Part shown: positions 13,705-25,220 of the stretch, piece by piece
How positions within the stretch are numbered: the first letter of the stretch is position 1
Layout: every line of letters begins with the position of its first letter
NCBI RefSeq assembly: GCF_964194155.1
Contig: NC_135895.1
Location: 82,708,001-82,772,000, forward strand
From: Cetorhinus maximus
Taxonomy: Eukaryota
Length of the DNA: 64,000 bases
Direction of reading: 5' to 3'
Notes under the pieces: model-generated
Told to the model about the DNA's origin: nothing
Seen by the model: only the letters and a program-made list of their open reading frames with translations
The model's database searches: none
Made by a program: the position numbers and the translations under genes

Positions 13705-15078
13705 ACAGAAGGAAGTGGCTGCAGATATTGTGGAGGCATTGGTCTAAATATTCTAGAACTCACTGGATTCCAGGAGAGTCCCAGCGGATTGGAAAACTAA
13801 TGTGATGTTCCTGTTCAAGAAGGGAGGGAGACAAAAAGCAGGAAACTATAGGCCAGTCAGCCTAACATCTGTTGTTGGGAAAATGCTAGAGTCCATTATT
13901 AAGGAAGAAATAGCAGGATATTTAGAAAAGCTTCACGCAATCAACCAGAGTCGACATGGTTTTGTGAAAGGGAAATCATGTTTGACAAATTTGCTAGAGT
14001 TCTTTGAGGATAATAACAATCAGAGTTGATAAAGGGGAACCGGTGGATGTAGTGCATTTGGATTTCCAGAAGGCTTCAATAAGGTGCCACATAAAAGGTT
14101 ATTGCACAAGATAAGAGCTCACGGTATTGGGGGTAATATATTAGCATGGATTGAAGATTGGTTAACACACAGAAGGCAGAGAGTCAGGATTAATGAGTCT
14201 TTTTCAGGCTGGAAAGATGTAACTAATGAGTGTCACTAGGATCCTAGGGCCTCAATTATTCACTATCTATATTAATGACTTGGAGGAGGGGGCAGAGTGT
14301 AATTTATCCAAATTTGCTGACGATACAAAAATAAGTGGGAGGGCATGTTGCGATGAGGACATAAGGAATCTGCAAGGGGATGTAGACAGGTTGAGTGAGT
14401 GGGCAAAAACCTGGCAGATGGAGTTTAATGTAGGAAAGTGTGAGATCATGCACTTTGTTAGGAAAAATCAAAAGGCAGACTATTATTTAAATGGAGAGAG
14501 CAGCACAGAGGGATCTGGGTGTTCTTGCGCATGAAACACAAAAGGTTAGCATGCAGATGCAGCAAGTAATTAAGAAGGCAAATGGAATTTTGGGCTGTAT
14601 TGCTAGGGAGTTGGAGTTTAAAATTAGGGAAGTCTTGTTACAACAGGTTAGGCCTTTATTCATTATAATTTAGAAGAAGGAGGGGTGATCTTATTGAAAT
14701 GTACAAGATTCTGAGGGGGATTGACACGGTAGATGTTGAGAAAATGTTTCCGCTAGTGGGGGGAATCTCGAACTAGGGGACCTAGTTACAGAATAAGGGG
14801 ACACTCATTTAAACTGAGATGCGAAGGAATTTCTTCCCTCAGAGGGTAGTGGACGTCTGGAATTCTCTACCTCAGGGAGTTGTGGAGGCTTGATCACAAA
14901 GTATTTAGAGGAGGTAGATAAATTTTTTAAATATTGGAGAGTTGAGGGCTATGAGGAGCTAGCACAAAAGAGGAGTTGAGGCCTGGGGCAGATCTTATAA
15001 TGATCTTATTGAATGGTGGGGCAGGCTTGAGGGGCCGAATGGCCTATTCCTGCTCCTATTTCTTATGTTCTCATGTTC
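13705..15078 (+). mobile_element. CR1-type LINE RT fragment with an internal deletion
   Basis: [37 protein letters not shown] motifs; ends in ttcttatgttctcatgttct repeats. Confidence 0.92.
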
Positions 15079-15213
15079 TAAATCATGCTCATCTTTCTCT
15101 GAATCTCATAGATGACCCAGATAGCATACAGGAAACGAAGGTTATAGCATGCCTGAGGAATAGTGATCATACAATGAGGTTTAACATGATCTTGGATTAC
15201 TGAAAAAAGGGGC

Positions 15214-15249
15214 ATGTCTAAGCTTTTCGTCTTGCACTCATCAGGACAC
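15214..15249 (-). ncRNA. Minimal type I hammerhead ribozyme motif, core intact
   Basis: GUGUC-CUGAUGA-GUGCAAGAC-GAAA-AGCU-UA^GACAU. Helix I is GUGUC/GACAU, helix II is short, and helix III is one base pair capped by palindromic AGCU, as in Penelope minimal hammerheads. Confidence 0.75.
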
Positions 15250-16018
15250 TCGCAAGAATACCAATGCAAGGGGGAAAACAACAATTTATCCTGTGGGTGA
15301 AGAGAGTGCTGATCGGCTGGCAAGTATCTCAAAAAGTTTGAGCAACACGAGTAGTATTCGCTACTAACAGGATGCTGCTATCTAGCCAAAAAGGCGCTCT
15401 GCCTATCACACAAATGAGTAATGTAGTTGTTTAAATTTCAGTGCCAGTGTGATGCTAGGTATGTAGGCCATATGTCCCAAAAACTGGTGGATCATATCAA
15501 ACAGCATGTCCCAGTTGCTGGTCGCAACGTGCAGGGTACAGACTGTACCCAATCAGCCTGTGTTTGCAAAACTCAAAACATAGTGTCCAACATTAGATGG
15601 GGTTCTGTGATTGGACAATATTTGCTAAATAACCCTCAATGTGCGAAGAGTTACGCTGACAACCAATTTAAGATTGTCAGTCGGGCTCGCACTGTGGCGC
15701 ATTTGCGTGTACTGGAAGCTACATATATTAATACACAGGGCTCTGTTCTTTGCAGGCAGAAAGAACATGTACATACACTGTACCTGTTTTAGCTAAACAA
15801 AATAAGTGACAGCCATTCATTGACTCATTCCTCAGGACAATGCCTTGACCAATCAAGGTCAAGCTGCCTGGTTTAAACTTCAAACAATGCTTGACAGTTA
15901 ACTATCAGTCACCATCAGTGGTTCATTCTCCATGGCAATGGCACTTGCCAACCAATCAGCATTCTCTTCACATATGGTATAAATTGTTGTTTTCCCCCTT
16001 ATGTTGGTATTCTTGCGA

Positions 16019-16054
16019 ATGTCCTGACGAGTGCAATACAAAAAGCTTAGACGT
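16019..16054 (+). ncRNA. Hammerhead motif, degenerate (G12A)
   Basis: AUGUC-CUGACGA-GUGCAAUAC-AAAA-AGCU-UA-GACGU; sister copy of 15214-15249. Confidence 0.6.
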
Positions 16055-17959
16055 GTCTCTTTTTTCAGCAATAATCAAGTTCTGTACTACCAAACGACAA
16101 TCTTAGATTCAGAAAAGTTTATAACTCCAAAAAGGCCAAGTTCAAAGTACAACTGAAGTAAATGGAGTGAAGTAGGATATTCAACAAAACTACAATGGAG
16201 GACAAGTGTAACATCTTTAAAAGGAATAATGCTGAGCATGCAAGACAAATGCACACCGAAGACCAGCACAAGCTCAGACTAAACAAGTATTCCCTTTAAT
16301 GGATTAACATGCAAATTAAAAGCGAGGAGAAACTACATCTACAATCTAGGAGAGAGAAAATGGAAGGGGCCACTCGGATGAATTTAAGAATGTGAAGCAA
16401 CAGATCAAATGAGTGATTAGAAAAGCTGAGAAAAAGCAGAAAAGAGAATAGGGAAAGAGGCAAAAGTTAAGGTCTTTCATTACGACAAGAGGGCTGTCAT
16501 TGAAGAGTGAGAACAATGTTAGCAAATTTAAAACTGGGGGAAAATATTAAACATTAAGTATCCTGATTTACTACTTCCACCAAGTGTTCACATTGGAAGT
16601 CACAAATCAAAAGGCAGATTTATGGACTTCAACATATATATATCTATGTTCTAAACAAACTGAAAGGGGTTAAAAAAATAATGCCCAGGTTCAAATGGTA
16701 TTCATTCCAGAGTTTTGGGAGAGAGATCACAGAGAATTGTGAGTCATTGGCAATCATTACAAGAGTCTCAATGGACATTGCAAAGTACTTCACATAAAAG
16801 TTTGATCTAAACTTAGATTGGGCTTTCAGATGGAGCAGCAGAGGTGAAAAATCCAAGAATTATTTAACAATTAAATGTGGCAATTGGTTTGGGAGGGGGA
16901 GCAGGCAAGGACTGCTGGGTCTTGTTGGATTGATAAAATAAGATGGACTGAATGACCAGTGTCATGTGTTAGTAATTTGTCATGGTGGGATTCAAACCCA
17001 GAACCTCTGGATTGTGAGTACACTACTATAACCAAAAAGATAGAACATGCATTTCTAACAGCTTTCCCAATCTTAGATACCCGCAAGCGTTTCACAGCCA
17101 AAGAAGTACTTCTTAAATGCAGTCACTTGGCGATGTGTTGGAACATGCACACAATAAGGTCCCGCAAACAGTTGAGTTAAACGGCTGAATAATATGTTTC
17201 AATTATGTTGGCTGAATACCAAACAACCAGCTAACTGAACTCCAGTCACTGCTCCTGGAGTGTGAGTGACTAACTTGCTTTCTGATTTCTGTGAATACTT
17301 CTGTGCTTTGGCTGCTCAAAGGGGTAACATATTAACCAGACAGGATTCCTTCACCTGATTATGCCTTCCCCTGCAAGGAGATATAATAGCCTCTGCTTGG
17401 CACAATGATCGGAAATAGTTTGTAGCTGGGGTACTAAATTTGTATGTCATCAGTCTGCGGCACTGATACTTCTTGAAGACTCTGTGCTAGCCCAAACACC
17501 AACCAATACATTTAGTCTTAAGAAAAAGTACTTTCAGCAGAGCATTTTCACAGTCTGGCACCCATCTGTTCATTCTAGACACACTTCCTGCATTAAGGGG
17601 AATGTAATTTACAGCTTATGTGACAAACATGAAGAGAAAAACACTATACCTAAATTCTGAACTGTACTCCTGCTGGACCATTGTGTGATCATAGAAATTT
17701 GCAGCTGAAAAAACTATTAGGCATTTAAAAAAAACACCTTGCCCGCCAAAATGAATAATTAATTTGGATTGCACATTTAGCTAACAGAAATTCAAAGCAG
17801 ACAACATATGAAGGCAATTTACAAACAGCAACAATTTTGTGCTAATATGAATACAGGAAATAGACTGTTTCTGACATTTTCTTCTCATGCAGATTTCAGT
17901 CATGAAATGCACTATACTTTTGAACTAAATTTCTTGCATGAAACAAAACAGCAATTTAC

Positions 17960-19415
17960 AGTTTGCTTCCAACTCCCACTCCTCTCTCAGTTTCAACTCT
18001 TCCCTTCTCTTCCTTGACTTCTCTGTCTCTGCTTCTGGTGTTGGCTATCAACTAATATTCATTTTTATCCCACTGACTACACTTCTTCACATCCTATACC
18101 CTGTAAGGAATCCATCCCATCCTTCCAGTTCCTCTGTCTCCATCACATCTCCATGTTCAGATGATGCAAGTTCCACACCAGCGTTTCAGGTGTCGTCTTT
18201 TTTTCTTCAACAGAAGATTCCTCCCCCACCCTCGATCACGTCCCCCACAATTCCTGCATTTCTGCTCTCACCCCTTCCCCTCCTTCCCAGAATCACAATA
18301 GGGCTCCTCTTGACCTCACCTTCCTCCATATTCTACGGATCATTTTCTGCCATTTCCGCCACGTCCAGTGTGATGCCACCACCAAACACATCTTCCTCTC
18401 CTCTCCCCTCCCTTCCAGCAATCCAAAGGGACCATACCCTTTGCAATTCCCTGGTCTACTCCTAAATCAACCCAAACATCCTGCCTCTTCCCAAGGTACC
18501 TTTCCATGCAAACAGGAGATGCAACACCTGCCATTTTACCTCCTTTCTCCTCACCCTGCAAGGCCCCAAACACAACTTCCAGATGAAGCAGCGATTTATG
18601 TGTGATTCTTTGAATTGAGTATACAGTATTCGCTGCTCAAAATGTGATGTCCTCTACAGTGGGGAGATCAAACTGCAAGCGTGAACCCAGGCTTCTCAGG
18701 CCTGTCATTTTAATTCTCCAGCTGGCTCTCATGCTGACATCTCTGTCCTTGGCCCGCTTTACTGCTCCAGTGCAGCTCAGCCTACGATAAAAGCAAAATA
18801 CTGCAGATACTGGAAATCTGGAACAGAGCTTTGAAGAAGAGTCATGTGGACTCAAAACGTTAACTCTGTTTCTCTCTCCACAGTCGCTGCCAGACCTGCT
18901 GAGTTTTTCCAGCGTTTTCTGTTTTTGTTTCAGCTCAACGTAAGCTTGAGGAACAACGCTTCATCTCTCGATTAGGCACTTTACAGCCTTCCAGACTTAA
19001 CATTTGAGTTAAACAATTTCAGATGGTAAACTCTGTCCTCCCATTTTGTTTTCTTTTCTTTGCGTGTTTTGATTTCTTTCTTTGCATGTTTTGATTACTT
19101 TCTTATTTTTGCTTTCAGACAGCAAAACACATGCTTTGGGCACACCTCTTGTTTCTTTGCTTCTTTTCTTGCTCCATTCCCATTCCCTTTTGCCCTGTCA
19201 GACTAACTCTTCTGCCATTCAATCTCTCCTGTCTTCCACCTTATCACAGACCTTTTTGTCTTTGTCCCACCCACCCCTTCCTCAAAACCTATTACATCTT
19301 CAACTTTTCCCAATTCTGATGAAAGGTCATCGACCTGAGACGTTAACTTTGTTTCTCTCTCCACAGATGCTACCTGACTTGCTGAGTAATTCCAGCATTT
19401 TCTGGTTTTATTTTA
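17960..19415 (+). mobile_element. Penelope-like element 3' part (RT end, EN, pLTR), with a nested pLTR unit at about 18787-18932
   Basis: FLDFSVS RT motif, colinear with 54215-56565. Hammerhead remnant aatt-CUGAUGA-aaggucaucgaccu-GAGA-cguu-aacu at 19312-19348. Confidence 0.8.
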
Positions 19416-19734
19416 TGTTAGCAATTCACTGGAATCTGGACCGTCAAACAACTAAACACTCAATTTTTAATGAGCAACAGATACTTAAAGTTTTTAATGT
19501 CATGGAAGCAGCTTTTCATACCTTTTCCAGTGCTTGTGGATAACTGGATCTGAACTTGATCAAATTAAAAACAAACATTAAAGCAAACTTAAAACTAAGA
19601 CTTAAGTGTGCTGGGTTAGCTAATCTCAGCCACAGCAACAATACAGATCACAATGGTCCTCAACAGCACAGGACTACAGATGAGCAAAACCCAATCACGA
19701 TCAAGTGCAGGAGAAGGTTAAAATGCGATGCCTA

Positions 19735-19898
19735 CTACTTCTTCTGTAATAGCCTGCCGACATTCTCTACCAGAACGTCCGCTTCGATCACGCGATGAAG
19801 GGGAGACTGTGTTTGTACTGTGATGCCCTTCACAAGGTAGTTTGAACATGACAGGATGGGAGTAAACAGGATGGTGGGGGGGGTTGGAGGGGTGGGAC
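19735..19898 (-). CDS. Candidate proximal alternative terminal exon: (G)PTPPTPPTILFTPILSCSNYLVKGITVQTQSPLHRVIEADVLVENVGRLLQKK*
   Basis: Acceptor ttattcctttcag|GTCCC. Phase 1 frame is open for 54 codons and ends in TAG TAG. Unique sequence with a CpG cluster unlike the surrounding intron. Confidence 0.6.
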
Positions 19899-20487
19899 CT
19901 GAAAGGAATAAAACTGAAATAATGGCCTAGATCTTGCACTCCCAATAGCAATGAACGTTGAAATGTTTGCCACTATTGAGGGTTGCAACAGAACTGCAAC
20001 TTCTGGGGAGCCGACTTATGCTCAAATCTGGAAATTGCAGTTTGCTAGAAAGACCTCCGAGGGCGCCCACCCTGATGGTCCCGCAAGGACCTGCGGATCT
20101 GTCAGCATGAAAGCTTGGGCTGATTGCCTGGCATTAACTCAATATTTACGATGACTTATTTAGGGTTGTTCCCTAGTGTAGAGCCTCTTCAGAGCATAAT
20201 CCTTCAAGGGTCAAAGATCACTCACACCCCTGGCACCCACCCCGGCTCTGCTCACACTCCCTGGCTCTCCGGCCCTGCTGATGTCGGAGAAAAGTCGGAA
20301 TGCTCCATGATCTTATTTTTAATAAGCGTTCAACAACTGCAATGGAGCGGAGCTGGGGGTTTCTGAGAGTGGGTGTAGGGAGCTAGAGTTAAAAATAGAT
20401 TAATGAAAAGATTTAAAATTATTAAAAGCACTTAGCTCAAAGGACTTGGCTTCAGCTTGCAATGTCAAAAGAGGTGTAGTTTTGCTC

Positions 20488-20672
20488 GAATAAAAACAGA
20501 AAATGCTGGAAAAACTCAGCAGGTCTGGCAGCATCCGTGGAGAGAGATTGTTTTTGTTTTGAAACATTAACTCAGTTTCTCTCTCTTCACTAATGCTGCC
20601 AGACCTGCTGAGTTTTTCCAGCATTTTCTGTTTTTATTTCAGACTCCAGCATCTGCAGTATTTTGCTTTTAT
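20488..20672. mobile_element. Palindromic non-autonomous Penelope pLTR derivative
   Basis: aataaaaacagaaaatgctggaaaaactcagcaggtctggcagcat followed by its reverse complement about 50 bp later. Confidence 0.8.
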
Positions 20673-21388
20673 CTTGAGGAACAGACAGCTGAAAGCACAA
20701 CCACCAACGGTGGAACAGTTAAAATCGGGGATGTTCAAGAAGCTAGAATTAGATGCATGCAGTTATTTCTGAGGGTTGTGGCGCTGGAGAAGATGACAGA
20801 GAAAGGGAGGGGTGAGGCTATGGAAGGGTTTGCAAACAATGAGGACAGTTTAAAATAAAGACATTGTCGACAGGGAGCCAATATAGTTCAGCAAGCACAG
20901 GAGTGATGGGTGAACAGGACTTGGTGTGACGTAGGGTATGGGTAGCATTGTTTTGTGATGTTAAGTTTACGGAGGGTAGAATGTGGGAGACCAGTCAGGA
21001 CTGCATTGGAATAGTCCAGCCTAGAGGTAACAAAGGCATGGATGTGTCACAAAAGTATAATAATTCTCAAAATATTATTGTGATTTAGTGTAAAAGTAGG
21101 TTGATAGTGGGGTTTGGATAGTTTTTCTGTATGTGTGTGTGGGATTTAATTGAATTAGAGACAGCTGGTGTGGAGGCTCTGACTCATCTAAAGAAGCTCA
21201 GTTTGAAATGCTAAATACGTATACGTGGCTGAAGTCTTAGAATGTATGGTGGGGAGAATTTGTATTTTTAGATAAATCAGGGCAGTTTGAATTTCAAAGA
21301 GATGGTAGGATGTTTACACCTAGCCAAAGAAGTTAGGCCAAGCAGTGTGTTTATTTTTCCCAAAGGTTACTAACAATATTAGCACCCT

Positions 21389-21765
21389 GGCCTGAATTTT
21401 CACGTCAGCATGCAGCGGCAGGCCTGACACACCGACACGTAAAATGACGAAATGTGACACTGTCACATGAGGGGACATGTCTGAATAATTTTAATCTTTC
21501 TTTATTCCAAACTTTCAAAATGAACTTAATCTCCCTGAGGCAGCTCCGTGCTGTAGGGAGATTTCTGCATGTGAAAGGGCGCAGGCCCTGACTCTTCCTC
21601 CTCCCCCCGCCCACACAGGTAGTGAGCACTACCAGGTGCACGTCACGCTGGGTGGGCCTTAATTGGCCCGCCTACGTAAAATAGCGGCGCGTAGCTGATC
21701 ATGGGCAGCGATCGGCCCTGCACCCGCCCCCGACCGGCCTGCCTGACAGGCAGAAAATTCTGCTT
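21389..21765. mobile_element. GC-rich MITE (PIF/Harbinger-like)
   Basis: Imperfect TIRs ggcctgaattttc / gaaaattctgc; shares internal sequence with 38282-38961. Confidence 0.7.
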
Positions 21766-21851
21766 CATGAAAAGATTCATATTATGAGAAAGGTAAAGTT
21801 CCAAAGACATATGGAAACAATGAAATTTACATTAAAAGGGAGAAACATGAC

Positions 21852-23417
21852 TCTACATGCGAGAGTACTAAAGGAAGTCTGGATATGTTGGACGCATTGG
21901 TGGTCATCTTCCAAAATTCTATAGACTCTGGAGCAGCTCCTACAGATTGGAGGGTGGCAAATGTAACCACATTATTTAAAAAAGGAGGGAGACAATAAAC
22001 AGAGAATTATAGACCAGTTAGCTTAACATCAGTAGTGGGGAAAATGCTCGAGTCTATTATAAAAGACATGGTAACTGAACACTTGGAAAGCATTAACGGG
22101 ATTAGACAAAGTCAGCATGGGTTTATGAAAGGGTAATCATGCTTAACTAATCTACTGGAGATTTTTGAGGATGTAACTAGAATAGATAAAGGAGAATCAG
22201 TGGATGTGGTGTATTTGGACTTCAAGAAGGATTTTGATAAGGTCCCACATAAGAGGCTAGTGGGCAAAATTAAAGCACATGGGATCGGGGGTAATTTACT
22301 GGCATGGATTGAGAATTGGTTGACAGACCAGAAACAGAGAGTGGGAATAAATGGGTCTTTTTCTGGATGGCAGACAGTGACTAGTGGTGTACCACAGGGA
22401 TCAGTGCTTGGGCCCCAGCTATTCACGATATATATAAATGACTTGGATGAGGAAACCAACTGCAATATTTCCAAGTTTCCGAGGTGACACAAAACTGGGT
22501 GGGGTTGTGAGTTGTGAGGAGGATACAAAGAGGCTTCAGGGCGATTTAGACAAGTTGGGTGTGTGGGCAAACACATGGCAATGCAGTATAATGTGGATAA
22601 ATGTGAAATTACACACTTCACATTCACGGTGTGAAAAACAGAAAGGAAGAGTATTATTTAAATGATGGTATATTGGGAAATGTGGCTGTACAAAGGGATC
22701 TGGGTGTCCTCGTACACCAGTCAATGAAAATAAACAGGCAGATGCAGCATGCAATTAGGAAGACAAATGGTATGTTGGCCTTCATTACAAGAGGATTTGA
22801 GTTTAGAAGTAGGGATGTCTTACTACAGTTATGCAAGGTCTTGGTGAGACCGCACCTGGAATATTGTGTGCAGTTTTGGTCTCCCTACCTAAGAAAGGAT
22901 ATACTTGCCATAGAGGGAGTGCAGTGAAGGTTCACTAGGCTGATACCGGGGATGGCAGGACATGTCGTATGAGGAGAGATTGATTCGACTGGGCCTGTAT
23001 TCACTACAAGGTTTACAAGAATGAGAAGGGATCTGATTGAAACGTATAAAATTCTAACAGGGCTAGACAGACAGGATGCAGGGAGGATGTTGCCCCTGGT
23101 TGGGGAGTCTAGAACCAGGGGCCACAGTCTCAGGATATGGGGCAGGCCATTTAGGAATGAGATAAGGAAAAATTTCTTCACTCAAGGTGGGGTGGTCAAC
23201 GTGTGGAATTCTCTACCATAGAAGGCTGTGGAGGCTGGGTCACTCACTGAGTATGTTCAAGAAAGATATTGATAATTTTTTGGATATTAGGGATATCAAG
23301 GGGTATGGAGAGAAAGTGGGAATATGGTGTTGAGATAGAGGATCAGCCATGATCATATTGAATGGCGGTGCAGGCTCAAAGGGCCGAATGGCCTACTCCT
23401 GCTCCTAGTTTCTATGC
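21852..23417 (+). mobile_element. CR1-type LINE RT and 3' end
   Basis: [42 protein letters not shown]; CR1 tail. Confidence 0.93.
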
Positions 23418-24139
23418 ATAAAGAAGAATGAGGTTGTGTGTCAGGAGAGACATTGTAAGATCTAACAGAAGTGTGCGAAGCCTCCAGTATTTATGCATTA
23501 AGCCTGCTGTCTATACCGAAGCTGGGAAAAGCCACTTTGAATTCTACTATCCAGGAGATACATTTAAAATCTATTTTTTTTTAATAGTTGTTTTAATGGA
23601 GGTGTAACTGGGAGCCAGATTAATTAGGGATTTTAGGAGTTATTATAGTAGGAATTTGTAGACCTATGTATGTGCTTGAAATCTTTTCTTTTGTTAATAA
23701 ATTTTTAAGTTGGTTTTTAAAAAAAATCCCTGAAGTCTTGGTGGACTTATTACTTCTGAATTCAGGGCATGCATCTCGAAATAAGTACAAATTGCAAAAT
23801 CATTGTGATAGCACAATCAAGTTTCCCTTGTGGATTTGATCCGCCTGGCACACATCAGCTGCTGCGTCATAACAGATGAGGGTTTCAGCAGATGAGCTGA
23901 GATAGGGGTGAAGTTGGGCAATGTCATGGAGGAAGAGATAGCTCTCTCCTGTATCCTTTGAACAGCTGCAATATCCTATTTTCAGTGTGGGGGATCAGAA
24001 TAGTATGCGTTCATACCAATGATTCATCAAGTGGGAAGACTACAATACTACTCTAATATTGACCTTTTACTACATCCCAACATCTGATTTTCTCTACTCA
24101 CCGGTGCCGACCATTGTTGCAATACTTTCAGTTTGCTCT

Positions 24140-25220
24140 CAATCAGGATCCACAGGTTGCTTCAATTTTCAAAACACCTTTTTTCCCCCATTTAAGTAAT
24201 CGTCCCTTCCTGGATATTTTGTCCCTACGTGAAACACTTTGCATTTGTTTACACTGAACTTTACCTGCCATCCACCTGTTTGCCCAACAGCCAAAGTTAA
24301 TCAATTCCTGCTTGGGCTTACCCTCCAGTTTTGCATCAAATCCTAATTTAACTGGAGTGCTTGTGATTTCTAAGTAATTTAAGTAAAATATAAGCAAAAG
24401 ACTTAAAACAGACCTGAGGACCCCAATGGTCACATTTTGCCAAGCTGATGGTAATTCTTGTGCCACCAATCTCTGTGTGCTATTGACCAACCCAATTACT
24501 CAACTGTTCTAAAATATTTCTGCTGATTTTTGCTCAGGGAACGCATCTCGAAATAAATACAAATTGTAAAACCATCGTGATAGCGCGATCAAGTTTCCCT
24601 TGTGGATTTGATCCGCCTGGCACACATCACCTGCTGCATCACAACAGATGAGGGTTTCAGCAGATGAGCTGAGATAGGGGTGAATTTGGGCATTGTCATG
24701 GAGGACATTGCCCTGAATTCAGAAGTAATAAGTTCACCAAGACTGCTGATTTTTGCTCTCATTTCCAGTATCAGCTTTTCTAGAGAAAATGGACCAAAGG
24801 CCTGACTGAAGTCCAAGTGCACCACATCCACTGCCTTATCCTTGATCAAATTCCTTTATCGCACCTTCAAAGAACATCAGTAAATTAGATTGGTGAGACC
24901 GCATGTTCATGAATCCATATTGGCCATCTTTTATGATTTTAGTTCTATTAAGATGCTCCATAATCTTATTTTTAATAAGGGATTAATACCTGTAATGGAT
25001 GTCAAACTCACAGGTCTGTTATTTCCTGAGTCATTATTGCTTAAAAAAATAGGATTTACATCTGTCTTTCTCAAGTCCCCAGGCACCTCTCCAGTACTCA
25101 GTAATTTCTGAAGATTTTGTGAGGTCTTGAAACTGCTTCCCTCATTTCCTTAAGGATCCTTAAATGTATCTTTTCCGGTCCCCGAGATTTATTTACCTAA
25201 AGCTTGCACAGTTGTTTGGC
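24140..25220 (-). mobile_element. Old CR1 RT fragment
   Basis: KAVDVVHLDFSQAF and degenerate NRPVSLTS / FDAKL motifs on the minus strand. Confidence 0.65.

Larger units (their letters stand above)
15198..16080 (+). mobile_element. Penelope-like element (second family): inverted pLTR, GIY-YIG endonuclease 3' part, pLTR
   Basis: ORF 15427-15792 FKFQCQCDARYVGH..KLVDHIKQH...LEATYI is GIY-YIG. About 15198-15325 is an inverted copy of about 15945-16075. Confidence 0.88.
21045..23874 (+). mobile_element. Solo LTR (TG...CA) with 4-bp TSD GATG, itself interrupted by a MITE and a CR1
   Basis: gatg|TGTCAC...ATAACA|gatg; poly(A) signal aataaa near 23697. Confidence 0.75.
20675..23935 (-). mobile_element. 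L2 fragment (20675-21044 and 23875-23935) split by a solo LTR
   Basis: Colinear with the L2 copies at 7900-8330 and 39250-39620 on both sides of the insert. Confidence 0.75.
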
